64,000 bases of DNA from an uncultured Phycisphaerae bacterium (GTDB taxonomy: Bacteria; Planctomycetota; Phycisphaerae; SM23-33), in NCBI GenBank assembly GCA_963760365.1, contig CAVXDC010000008.1, positions 83,054 through 147,053 of the forward strand. Reading direction: 5' to 3'. The position numbers and the translations under genes were made by a program. The notes below the pieces were generated by a model, which had not been told where the DNA came from, did no database searches, and saw only the letters and a program-made list of their open reading frames with translations. Shown in pieces: positions 1-8,638 of this stretch (position 1 is the stretch's first letter; each line of letters opens with the position of its first letter).

Positions 1-518
1 GATTCTTCCGCAGCGGGCGCGGGCCGATCGAGCACGTCGTGGACACGCTGATTGACAGCGCCGCCTACCTGTCGCGCAACCGGATCGGCGCGATCATCGC
101 CGTCGAGCGGTCGGTAGGGTTGGGCACGTTCATCCAGGCCGGCACCGTGCTGGACGCCCACCTCAGCGCCGCCCTGCTGAACACGATCTTCTATCCCGGC
201 AGCGCCCTGCACGACATGGGCGTGGTCATCCGCGAGGGGCGCATCGCCGCCGCCGGCTGCCAGTTCCCCCTGGCCGAGAGCGAGGAGGTCGACCCCTCGC
301 TGGGCAGCCGCCACCGCGCGGCCTTGGGACTGGCCAAGGAAGGCGACGCCGTGGTCCTAGTCGTCAGCGAGGAAACGGGGAGAATCTCCCTGGCCTACGA
401 AGGCCAGTTGTACCTGGGACTGGAAATCGACAACCTCCGCGAGATGCTTCGGACGCTGCTGGCGGGCCCGAGGTTCGCCCGCCGCAGGACCGAGGCGACC
501 CCGCAAACGTCCCCATGA
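1..518 (+). CDS. cdaA: Diadenylate cyclase CdaA (DisA_N/DAC domain), 5' end cut by window edge
   Basis: Frame of ORF 39..518 stays open back to base 3. Translation (GAIIAVER, HDMGVVIREGRI, GSRHRAALGL, SEETGRISLA) matches the DAC domain pattern. ATGA start/stop overlap with the next gene at 515-518. Confidence 0.8.
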   Translation, partial: FFRSGRGPIEHVVDTLIDSAAYLSRNRIGAIIAVERSVGLGTFIQAGTVLDAHLSAALLNTIFYPGSALHDMGVVIREGRIAAAGCQFPLAESEEVDPSLGSRHRAALGLAKEGDAVVLVVSEETGRISLAYEGQLYLGLEIDNLREMLRTLLAGPRFARRRTEATPQTSP

Positions 519-1591
519 TCGGAAACGGAAAAAGCCTGTACCGGTCGGACTCGGTTCGGTTCTCCCGCGCCTGGTGGCTGGAGGGCGCCAGGAACCTGGT
601 GTGGGTGGCCGTCGTGACGATCCTCATCTGGGTCTACGCGGACATGCGCTTCACCGACCACCGGACGTTGATGGCCACGATCCGCCTGACGGCGCCCGTC
701 TCCAGCCACATGGCGTTGATCTCCCGCGGGGAGGTGGCGGTGGAGGCCTTGGAAAAGCGCGTCCAGTTCAAGATCGAAGGCGGGCGGGAGACGCTGGACC
801 GCTTCGAGCGGGAGTTCCACGACCCGGTGGTCTGGGACGTCACGCGCGACCACACGCCGGCCGAACAGATCGCCCTGGACCCCCGCGAGATTCTCAACGC
901 CGATCCCCAGATCGCCAGCCGGGGCCTGCGCGTCACCGCCGTCGAGCCGTCCAGCCTCACCGTCCGCCTGGCTCGCCTGGTGCACGAAACCGTGCCCGTG
1001 GAGCTGGTCGTCTCCGGCGCTGAATTGGTCGCGCCCCCCAAAGCGCCGCCGGTGGGCATCTCGCTGCCCGAGGAGCAGTGGGAAAAAATCCTCAACCAAC
1101 TCCCCGCCCCCGTCCTGAGGACCAAGGAGGCCGACTTGAGCAACCAGCCCGCCGGAAAGACGGTCGAGGTGGAGTTCGAGATTTTCCCCGAGATTGCCGG
1201 GCTTCCCGTGCGGCTGGACCAGACCACCGTCAAGGTGCCCCTGGAGATCAAGCAGCGAACGGCCAAAAAGAGCTTCATGGTCACGGTGCGGGTGCTGACA
1301 CCGACCGACTGGGACGACCTGCGGAAGTACGAGCTAGTCCGTAAAGACCCGCTGGAGTGGCGGCCCGAAATCACCGTCACCGGCTCCAAGATGGACTTGG
1401 ACAAGCTCGACCCCAAGGACGTCGAGGCCTACGTCCAGCTCCGGGAAGACGACAAAAAACCCCTGGAAACCTGGACGTCCCGAGCGGTCACGATCCGCTT
1501 TCCTCCCGACCTCCAGGTTCGACTGGACCGCGAGCCGCCTCAGGTGAACTTCCGGCTCGACAAGCGCCCCGCCGAACCGCCTTCCCCGTGA
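515..1591 (+). CDS. cdaR: CdaR-like YbbR-domain protein with N-terminal membrane anchor
   Basis: 358-aa ORF translationally coupled to cdaA, the usual cdaA-cdaR arrangement. One TM segment (NLVWVAVVTILIWVYA) is followed by repeated beta-rich modules. Family call rests on synteny and general look only. Confidence 0.55.
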   Translation: MIGNGKSLYRSDSVRFSRAWWLEGARNLVWVAVVTILIWVYADMRFTDHRTLMATIRLTAPVSSHMALISRGEVAVEALEKRVQFKIEGGRETLDRFEREFHDPVVWDVTRDHTPAEQIALDPREILNADPQIASRGLRVTAVEPSSLTVRLARLVHETVPVELVVSGAELVAPPKAPPVGISLPEEQWEKILNQLPAPVLRTKEADLSNQPAGKTVEVEFEIFPEIAGLPVRLDQTTVKVPLEIKQRTAKKSFMVTVRVLTPTDWDDLRKYELVRKDPLEWRPEITVTGSKMDLDKLDPKDVEAYVQLREDDKKPLETWTSRAVTIRFPPDLQVRLDREPPQVNFRLDKRPAEPPSP

Positions 1592-1664
1592 ACCCACCCT
1601 TTCGCCCGCCGGGCCCTTCGGCCTGGCCCGGTGACTCCCCTGGCTGCTGATGGGTCAAAGGGGT

Positions 1665-1670
1665 TATAAT
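1665..1670 (+). promoter_or_regulatory. Candidate -10 box (TATAAT) for proA
   Basis: Perfect TATAAT at 1665-1670. GGAG at 1689-1692 lies 7 nt before ATG 1700. No convincing -35 box. Confidence 0.3.
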
Positions 1671-1699
1671 CGTCGCCGATGACGAATTCGGAGACACCG

Positions 1700-2957
1700 A
1701 TGGACCCCGCTGAAGCTAAAAAATATGTCGAGACGCTGGCCTCGGCCGCCCGGGCGGCGGCGGGTGTGTTGGCCCGGACGCCCGGAGGCGCCCGCGAGGC
1801 GGCCTTGCGGAATGGGGCCCGCGCTGCGCGACGCCAAGGCGGCCTTGCTGGCCGCCAACGCCGAGGACCTGGCCGCCGCCGGCGATCTGGGCCAGGCGAT
1901 GGTGGACCGCCTGCGCCTGACCGATGCGCGGATTGACGCCATGGCCGACGCCTGGGAGCAGATTGCCGCCCAGGTCGATCCGGTGGGCGCGACGATCTCG
2001 GCCGTCAATCGGCCTGACGGCCTGCGGGTGGAGAAGCGCCGCGTGCCGATCGGCGTCATCGGCATCATCTACGAGGCGCGTCCCAACGTGACCGCCGACG
2101 CGGCCGGATTGTGCCTCAAGAGCGGCAACGCCTGCATCCTCCGCGGCGGCAAGGAGGCCCTGCGCTCCAACCTGGCCATCGCCAAGGTCCTGCGCCAGGC
2201 CCTGAGCGAAGAAAAGCTCCCCCCCGCCGCCGTCACGGTCGTAGATAACATCGACCGCGCCATCGTGCCGGCCCTGTGCCGGGCCGAGGGATTGATCGAC
2301 CTGATCATCCCCCGCGGCGGCGAGCAGCTCATCCGCGCCGTGGTCGAGGCGGCTACCATCCCCGTCATCAAGCATTTTACGGGCAATTGCCACGTGGTCG
2401 TCCACGCCGCCGCCGACCTGGACATGGCCGAGCGGATCGTCGTCAACGCCAAATGCCAGCGCCCGGGGATCTGCAACGCCGCCGAGACGCTGCTGGTGGA
2501 CGCCGCCGTGGCCGAGACTTTTTTGCCCCGCATCGCCAAGAGCCTGACCGCCCGGGGTGTGGAGCTTCGCGGCTGCGATCGCAGTAGGCGAATCGTCCCC
2601 TCGATGAAACCGGCCACCCAGGACGACTGGCGGAAAGAGTACCTGGAGCTGATCCTGGCCGTCAAAGTGGTGGACGGGCTGGAAGAGGCCATCGAGCACA
2701 TCAACACCTACGGCAGCCACCACACCGACGCGATCGTGACCGAGTCGATCGCCGCGGCCGAGACGTTCGTCGCGGCGGTGGACTCCTCCAGCGTGATGGT
2801 CAACGCCTCCACGCGCCTCAGCGACGGCGGCGTGTACGGCCTGGGCGCCGAGGTGGGCATCAGCACCGACAAGCTGCACGCCCGCGGGCCGATGGGCGCC
2901 GAGGACCTGACGACCACCAAGTGGATCGTCACCGGCCGAGGTCACGTCCGAACGTAG
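1700..2957 (+). pseudogene. proA: Gamma-glutamyl phosphate reductase ProA, reading frame broken once near the 5' end (extra base about 1811)
   Basis: The ProA N-terminus (AEAKKYVETLASAARAAAGVLAR..REAALR) is in the frame of ORF 1679..1936. The rest (MGPALRDAKAALLAANAEDL...IGVIGIIYEARPNVT...410 aa) is in the frame of ORF 1725..2957. The junction is cgg-a-atg at 1808-1814. Alternative start is ATG 1679. Confidence 0.85.
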
Positions 2958-2987
2958 CGCGAGCCTCCTTTCCCGGGAAGATCGACG

Positions 2988-3275
2988 ATGGCTGCCGACG
3001 ACGAAGCGGCGCTGCTGTGCCATCGCTGCGGGCGGGAGCTGTTTCCCGGCCGGGGCGACTTCTACGTCGTGCGGATCGAGGCCTTCGCCGACCCCACCCC
3101 GCCGGAGCTGGCCGAGTGGATCAATCCCGAGGAACTGGAGGCGAAGATCGACGAGCTGATCGAGCAGATGCGTGGCATGACCGAGCAGGAGTTGATGGAC
3201 CAGGTGTACCGCCGGCTCACCCTGCACCTGTGCGGGGATTGCTACCGCGTCTGGATCGAAGACCCCGCCCGCTAG
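2988..3275 (+). CDS. Hypothetical small zinc-ribbon protein (CxxC ... CxxC)
   Basis: 95-aa ORF with CHRCG near the N-terminus and CGDC near the C-terminus. No family recognised. Confidence 0.5.
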   Translation: MAADDEAALLCHRCGRELFPGRGDFYVVRIEAFADPTPPELAEWINPEELEAKIDELIEQMRGMTEQELMDQVYRRLTLHLCGDCYRVWIEDPAR

Positions 3276-3284
3276 CCCGCCGCG

Positions 3285-4025
3285 CTACTTCGCCCTGGCC
3301 GCGATGACGCGGTGCGTCTCGGCCACGGCGGCCTGGACTTGCTCGGGCGTCAGCAGCTCCACCGTCCCGCCCAGTCGCAGCACCGAGCACTTGCCTTCGT
3401 GGGCGGGAGCCGTCTCATAGACCAGCACGTTGCTGGGCGGCATCGACCGGTCTTGGCCGGTGATGTACTTGTAGGGCGGCCCGTCGCGGGAGGGGCAGTG
3501 GAACGAACTGGGGGAATACAGCTCCGAAATCGAGGCGGGGAACTTGCCGTCGGCGGCCATGGCGGCCGTGTCCAGGCTCCTGAAAATGTTCGTCAACTGG
3601 AGCGTGCAGCCGACGTCGCTGGCCCGTTCGCGGGCGCCGACCAGGGCGTGGCCGTACTGCTCACCGGTCTGGGCCATCATCTTGATGACGAAATACGCCC
3701 CGGTCATCAGCCCCGCAAAGAGCCCCACGATCGCCGCGATGGTGATCCATTTGCCCTTGTCGAATCCGCCGCTGGTGGCCCGGTAGCTGGGCCGGCGGCA
3801 CCGCGGGCAGGATTGGCCCCGCGGATAACGGGTGCCGCAGACGGCACAGACGCTTTCCTCCTCGGCGGAGGTGGTCGAGGGACGTTCCGGGCGCTGGGGA
3901 GGTCGCTCCTCCTCGGCCAGGTCGTAGATGTCGGCCGCCTGGGGGACGGTCAGCACCTGGCCGCAGGCCGAGCATCGCACGCGCCGGCCGGCGGCGGTGT
4001 CGGGGCGCGGATCGTCTTTCTGCAT
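3285..4025 (-). CDS. Hypothetical membrane protein with two N-terminal zinc-ribbon motifs
   Basis: 246-aa ORF with CSACG, CAVCG..CPRC and one TM helix (WITIAAIVGLFAGLMTGAYFVI). No family recognised. Confidence 0.5.
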   Translation of the reverse strand: MQKDDPRPDTAAGRRVRCSACGQVLTVPQAADIYDLAEEERPPQRPERPSTTSAEEESVCAVCGTRYPRGQSCPRCRRPSYRATSGGFDKGKWITIAAIVGLFAGLMTGAYFVIKMMAQTGEQYGHALVGARERASDVGCTLQLTNIFRSLDTAAMAADGKFPASISELYSPSSFHCPSRDGPPYKYITGQDRSMPPSNVLVYETAPAHEGKCSVLRLGGTVELLTPEQVQAAVAETHRVIAARAK

Positions 4026-4150
4026 TCGGGATTCGGGCAGGTGAAGCGAATGCTCATGGCCGCGTCCTCGACAAAACCATTTTAGGCGACTGGGAGGAGC
4101 TTACTTGCGCGGTGGGGATGAATCAAGGAAGCCCGCCGGCCGTCCGCCGC

Positions 4151-5374
4151 TCACGACAACGCGTACGTCAGCACGGCGGCCACGGCCAGGCACGCGACGA
4201 CGACGCCCCAGGTCACGGCCGGTGGGCAGCCGACGGGGAGTGAGTCCGTCACGGCCGGGCGAAACCGCACCAGCAGACCGATACACCGGGCCAGACCGCA
4301 GACCAACGGAAAGAATAACACCCCTCCCAACAATGCCCCGAAAAAGTCAATCACGACTCGCATCGCCAGGCCTTCGGGCTTGCTCAGCATCTCCGCCACG
4401 GAACCCGCCAGCCCACAGGCCAGCCTGCTGACCGCCCACCACCCCACCACGACCACGGCAATCCCCACGAGCAAAAACAACCACAAAATCGCGAACCCCT
4501 CCCCGTATCGAAAGGCCGAGCGGAGCTGCCAGCGGAGGTTAAACGCCCTGCCATCGCCGGTCAGGCTCAGCGTCAGCAAGGCCAGGGGAAGCAAAGGCAG
4601 CGTGACCACCGGCAGGACGTAAATCATCGCCACCGACACCCCCAGCACGCCCGTGCGGAGAACCCCGCCTGAGGTAGGCCTCTGCCACGTCTCCCGCCTG
4701 CCGCCCCCCACGGCTGCCGCCGAGATCAAGGTCAAGCACACGGACAGGCAGTACCCGCCCAGAACCACCGCCAGCACGACCACCACCGCAATCAGCAGCC
4801 CGCGGGGAATACCCATTTCCGCCGGCAGCATCGGTTCGGGACCCAGCAGGCAGCAGCGGTAGGTCTCCAGGACGGCCAGGAAAAAGGAGGCCACCAGCAC
4901 GCTGCCGGCGTCCGCGCCGCTGTGCCGCATGGCCTGGAGGCAGTGCCGCGCGTAGCTGCCAGTCAGGGGCACCGGCCGTCTCCACAGGGACGGCGTCCAG
5001 CCCGCCTTGGGGGCCAAAGGCACGGCGGCGGGCGCGGGGGCGTACGCGTGCGAAACACCCTCGGCGCCGGGCAGTTGCGACAGGTCGTCCATGCCGTCGG
5101 CGGCTGCGCCGGAAGGCGGTTTGGGCGGAGCGGTCGGAGTGGACTCGGCCTGCTCGGGCGGCGGTTGGTGTTCCTTCAAGCCTCTCAGGAACTGCTGGTA
5201 GGCCTCCAGGGTCGCTCGATCGGTTTTGGTCTGACCCTCCTGGGCGGCGCCGGGGACGATCACGGTCCATCGGCACGTCGGGCAGGTGATCTGCTGACCC
5301 ACCTTGTCGTCGCCCACCTGGATCAGCTTGCCGCACTTGGGGTTGGGACAGATGAACTGCACCACCCACCGCAC
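4151..5374 (-). CDS. Hypothetical polytopic membrane protein with N-terminal zinc ribbon
   Basis: 407-aa ORF. The N-terminus has CPNPKCG..CPTC, followed by a Pro-rich linker and several hydrophobic helices. Confidence 0.5.
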   Translation of the reverse strand: MRWVVQFICPNPKCGKLIQVGDDKVGQQITCPTCRWTVIVPGAAQEGQTKTDRATLEAYQQFLRGLKEHQPPPEQAESTPTAPPKPPSGAAADGMDDLSQLPGAEGVSHAYAPAPAAVPLAPKAGWTPSLWRRPVPLTGSYARHCLQAMRHSGADAGSVLVASFFLAVLETYRCCLLGPEPMLPAEMGIPRGLLIAVVVVLAVVLGGYCLSVCLTLISAAAVGGGRRETWQRPTSGGVLRTGVLGVSVAMIYVLPVVTLPLLPLALLTLSLTGDGRAFNLRWQLRSAFRYGEGFAILWLFLLVGIAVVVVGWWAVSRLACGLAGSVAEMLSKPEGLAMRVVIDFFGALLGGVLFFPLVCGLARCIGLLVRFRPAVTDSLPVGCPPAVTWGVVVACLAVAAVLTYALS

Positions 5375-5470
5375 TTTCCGCAGGTCCCGCGATTGAAAGA
5401 AGCGTGCTGAGGAATTGGGACCAGAAATATCGCGGCCTGGCCTTTAGAGCAAGCAAAATCGCGCTGCGCG

Positions 5471-5597
5471 TCCCTTTTGCCTCTTTTGCCCTTTTGCGAT
5501 GTGGTTGAAACCGCAGAGAGATACGGTACACTGTCGCCTTCGCCCGCCGGGTGGACGGCGTTCCGGCGGGCCCAAAGGCAAAAAAGGCAAACGGGAC
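5471..5597 (+). promoter_or_regulatory. Structured 5' leader of aspS (long-range stem enclosing a 9-bp GC hairpin)
   Basis: Bases 5472-5493 (TTTTGCC-type repeats) pair with 5574-5595 (GGCAAAA-type repeats) at about 19 of 22 positions. Inner perfect hairpin is gcccgccgg (5542-5550) with ccggcgggc (5563-5571). The 3' arm ends 5 nt before ATG 5601 and covers the only GGGA Shine-Dalgarno-like element. Confidence 0.4.
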
Positions 5598-5600
5598 TTT

Positions 5601-7424
5601 ATGGCATCGGCATCGCCCGGCGATGAGGTTCTCCAGCGGACGCACCGGTGCGGCCAGTTGAGGACCGGGGACGTGGGAAAGCACGTCCACCTGTGCGGCT
5701 GGGTTCGCAGCTACCGCGACCACGGCGGGGTGGTCTTCATCGACCTGCGCGACCGCGACGGGATCACCCAGGTGGTCTTCGACCTGCCGGAAGACCCTGG
5801 CCACAAGGCCGAGGCGGACCTGTACGCCTTGGCCCGGGCGCTCCGCAACGAGTGGGTCATCGCCGTCGGCGGGACCGTCCGGCCGCGAGGGGCTGACCGC
5901 GAGAACCCCAAGCTGCCCACCGGCCAGATCGAAGTCCTGGGCGACAGCCTGACCGTCCTGAACCGCTCCGACACGGTGCCGTTTGAGCCCGATGAGTTCA
6001 CCGACGTGTCGGAAGAGACGCGCCTGCGTTACCGCTACATCGACCTCCGCCGTCCGGAGATGATGAAGGCGCTCGTGCTCCGCCACCGCATCAGCCGGGC
6101 CATGCGCGACGTGCTGGACGGCCTGGGGTTCATCGAGGTGGAGACGCCCTTCTTGACCAAGTCCACCCCCGAGGGCGCCCGCGACTTCCTGGTGCCCTCG
6201 CGGCTTCAGCAGGCGGCCTTCTACGCCCTGCCGCAAAGCCCCCAGCTGTTCAAGCAGATCCTGATGGTCGCCGGGCTGGACCGCTACTACCAGATCGTCC
6301 GCTGCTTCCGCGACGAGGACCTGCGGGCCGACCGCCAACCGGAATTTACCCAACTGGACCTGGAGATGAGCTTCTGCACCGAGGCCGACGTGATGGCCGT
6401 GACCAACCAGGTCCTGTCGGCCGTGTGCACGCTGGCCGGCAAACCTTTCCCCGCTCAGGTGCCGGTGATCCCCTACGCCGAGGCGATGGCCTCCTACGGC
6501 TGCGACAGGCCCGACACGCGGTTTGAGCTGCACCTGCACGACGTCAGCGACCTGGTGCGCCCGAGCGACTTCAACGTTTTTTCCGACGCCCTGAAGGCCG
6601 GGGGGATCGTCAAGGCCATCTGCCCACCGAGTGGTGCAAAGTTCACGCGCAAAGAAATCGACGCCTACACCGCCTACGTTACCGAGCTTGGAGGCAAAGG
6701 GCTGGCCTGGTGCAAGGTGGAAGGCGACACCCTGACCGGCGGCGTGGCCAAGTTCCTTCCTCCCGACGTGCAAGGCAAGCTCCGCCAGGCCACCGGCGCC
6801 AAAGACGGGGACCTGCTGATGCTCATGGCCGGCCCGGCGGCGATGGTCCACAAGTGCCTCTCGGCCTTGCGGATCCGCTTGGGCAAGGACCTGGGTTTGG
6901 TTCAGGCCGAGCAGTTCGCCTGGTGCTGGGTGACGGACTTTCCCCTGCTGGAATGGAGCGCCGAGGAGAAGCGCTGGACGGCCATGCACCACCCGTTCAC
7001 CTCCCCGCATCCGGCGGACCTGGACAAGCTGGCGACCGATCCCGGCGCGGTGCGGGCGCGGGCCTACGACATCGTCTGCAACGGCGTGGAGCTGGGCGGC
7101 GGGTCGATCCGCATCCACTCCCCCGACGTCCAGAAGCGCCTCTTCGGGGTCCTGGGCATCGGCGAGCAGGAGGCAAGGGAGCGGTTCGGCTTCCTCCTGG
7201 ACGCCTTGCGGTTCGGCGCCCCGCCGCACGGGGGATTGGCGCTGGGGCTGGACCGCGTGGTGATGCTCATGACCGGGGGCCAATCGCTGCGGGACGTGAT
7301 CGCCTTCCCCAAGACCCAGCGGGGCATCTGCCCGCTGACCGGCGCCCCCTCGACGGTGGACGACCGTCAATTGGCCGAACTGGACCTGAAGGTCATCGCC
7401 CCCCCGAAGCAAGAGCCAAGGTAG
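5601..7424 (+). CDS. aspS: Aspartyl-tRNA synthetase
   Basis: Intact ORF. The N-terminal OB-fold (GWVRSYRDHGGVVFIDLRDRDG) and class II motifs (FYALPQSPQLFKQ, QIVRCFRDEDLRADRQPEFTQLD, GGGSIRIH, GLALGLDR) are unmistakable. Start chosen at ATG 5601 rather than the 5499 ORF start. Confidence 0.95.
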   Translation: MASASPGDEVLQRTHRCGQLRTGDVGKHVHLCGWVRSYRDHGGVVFIDLRDRDGITQVVFDLPEDPGHKAEADLYALARALRNEWVIAVGGTVRPRGADRENPKLPTGQIEVLGDSLTVLNRSDTVPFEPDEFTDVSEETRLRYRYIDLRRPEMMKALVLRHRISRAMRDVLDGLGFIEVETPFLTKSTPEGARDFLVPSRLQQAAFYALPQSPQLFKQILMVAGLDRYYQIVRCFRDEDLRADRQPEFTQLDLEMSFCTEADVMAVTNQVLSAVCTLAGKPFPAQVPVIPYAEAMASYGCDRPDTRFELHLHDVSDLVRPSDFNVFSDALKAGGIVKAICPPSGAKFTRKEIDAYTAYVTELGGKGLAWCKVEGDTLTGGVAKFLPPDVQGKLRQATGAKDGDLLMLMAGPAAMVHKCLSALRIRLGKDLGLVQAEQFAWCWVTDFPLLEWSAEEKRWTAMHHPFTSPHPADLDKLATDPGAVRARAYDIVCNGVELGGGSIRIHSPDVQKRLFGVLGIGEQEARERFGFLLDALRFGAPPHGGLALGLDRVVMLMTGGQSLRDVIAFPKTQRGICPLTGAPSTVDDRQLAELDLKVIAPPKQEPR

Positions 7425-7425
7425 G

Positions 7426-7445
7426 GCGTGCAACTCGTTGCACGC
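7426..7445 (+). terminator. Hairpin immediately after the aspS stop (8-bp stem, no clear U-tract)
   Basis: gcgtgcaa-ctcg-ttgcacgc starts 2 nt after TAG 7422-7424. It is followed by gggtt only. Confidence 0.3.
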
Positions 7446-7495
7446 GGGTTACCCTGCGTGTTCAGCTTTTGAATGGGAGAAAAAGAGTGGTTCAT

Positions 7496-8014
7496 ATGTA
7501 TGATAGAGATTCACTGGATAAGAGAACGCAGTGGATCCCCTGGACCATAACGTTTCTGTCTGTGGTGTGCACCGTGTTCTTAGCATATTTGACATGGAAA
7601 AACAGCAGGCATCTAGAGCTCGGGGTTCGTCCCCAGGTTTGCTTTGAACAGGTTGTCCTCCATCGTTACCCAACGAAGAATGAAGTTGAGATTACTGGTC
7701 TTAGGAACGTGGGGGCAGGTGATGCTCAGAAATGCCGAGTTACGATCTTTATTCGAGAGAACTGGTGGCGTGGAATGCTCTATTGGTTTGAAATTCCAAA
7801 ACTAATGAGGGGAAAAGAGTATGGGTCCATTTTTATTGACTTGGATGAAAAGGTAAGAGGACCCGAAGGCGAGATCCTCCCTAACGATTATTTCAAAAAG
7901 AACGGAATTGCAATCTCGATAAAATACGAGAATATGTGGACAAGAGAAGAATACTCGGAGGATTGGGAAGTCTCACACTGGACGATCGAAGATCATAAGA
8001 ACGACAAGAAGTAG
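7496..8014 (+). CDS. Orphan hypothetical protein (N-terminal TM helix plus about 130-aa soluble domain) in an AT-rich islet
   Basis: 172-aa ORF from ATG 7496 (tail of ORF 6710..8014). A/T-ending codons dominate, unlike the flanks. TM segment is WTITFLSVVCTVFLAYL. No family recognised. Confidence 0.55.
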   Translation: MYDRDSLDKRTQWIPWTITFLSVVCTVFLAYLTWKNSRHLELGVRPQVCFEQVVLHRYPTKNEVEITGLRNVGAGDAQKCRVTIFIRENWWRGMLYWFEIPKLMRGKEYGSIFIDLDEKVRGPEGEILPNDYFKKNGIAISIKYENMWTREEYSEDWEVSHWTIEDHKNDKK

Positions 8015-8086
8015 ATATAGGGGACCGCACTAAGCCGGTGGTTATTCCGCAAATATAAATGTTTTGCACACAGTTACGCCGCCTCC

Positions 8087-8638
8087 CTACCAGGGCTGCT
8101 CCATCTGCTCCACGACCTGGCTGGCCAGGCGGTTGATAACGTTCTCGCTGCCCTGGAAAAAATCTTCGGTGATGGGGTCCTCGCGGGTGTAGCGGCCGGA
8201 GACGTCCATTTTTTTCTTTTCCACCAGCGTCTTGCCGCTGCGCAAATCTTTCCAGACGAACGAGACGGTGAACGTGATCTCCGTTTCGCGGGGCAGGCCC
8301 GTGTCGGTGCTGAAGCTCAACGTGCGCTGTTCGACGTTGTCGATCGAGCCGGTTAGGAGCGTGTCGGCCCGCGACTTGACGGTGACCTTGTAGGGCGTGT
8401 CCTGCTCGATCCGCTTGACCACCGCCTCGGTGACGCGCATCTCGATGTCGCGGCGGTAAACGTCCTTGCCCCTTCCCCAGACGTCCACGGCCACGGTCTG
8501 GATGCCCGGGCGGTATTGGCTGGCCATCGTGTAGCCGCCCCGGCCGTCGGAGGAACAGCCGGCAATCGACACCGCCATCGGCACGACCAAGGCCGCCAAG
8601 ATGACAAGGGATCGGGCTGAATTTTTAGTCATGGTCAT
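8087..8638 (-). CDS. lptE: LptE-like outer-membrane lipoprotein
   Basis: Lipoprotein signal with lipobox (SIAGC). Overall pattern (Y..P.I.TVAV..., ADTLLTGSI...) resembles LptE-family proteins. ATGA overlap with the upstream TPR gene. Confidence 0.5.
   Translation of the reverse strand: MTMTKNSARSLVILAALVVPMAVSIAGCSSDGRGGYTMASQYRPGIQTVAVDVWGRGKDVYRRDIEMRVTEAVVKRIEQDTPYKVTVKSRADTLLTGSIDNVEQRTLSFSTDTGLPRETEITFTVSFVWKDLRSGKTLVEKKKMDVSGRYTREDPITEDFFQGSENVINRLASQVVEQMEQPW

Noticed and set aside
5541-5572. T-box riboswitch in the aspS leader, because GGGUGGACGGCG resembles the T-box core GGGUGGNACCGCG.
   Set aside because: The leader is only about 130 nt and has no recognisable Stem I, specifier loop or GA/K-turn motif. 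The UGGA would match a U73 discriminator rather than the G73 expected for tRNA-Asp. The similarity is plausible by chance in GC-rich sequence.
4539-7433. Very long ORFs antisense to or overlapping real genes. Examples are 964 aa opposite aspS, 839 aa at 13568..16087 opposite clpB, 646 aa at 29185..31125 opposite hppA, 503 aa at 1716..3227 opposite proA and 438 aa at 62003..63319 opposite der.
   Set aside because: These are typical shadow ORFs of high-GC DNA. Their translations are Arg/Gly/Pro/Ala-rich low-complexity sequence with no recognisable motifs, and the opposite strand encodes unmistakable conserved proteins.
7440-8085. The two AT-rich islets (7440-8085 and 22647-23240) as insertion sequences, prophage remnants or integrative elements.
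   Set aside because: No transposase, integrase or recombinase ORF is present. No terminal inverted repeats or flanking direct repeats are visible, and neither islet is adjacent to a tRNA gene.
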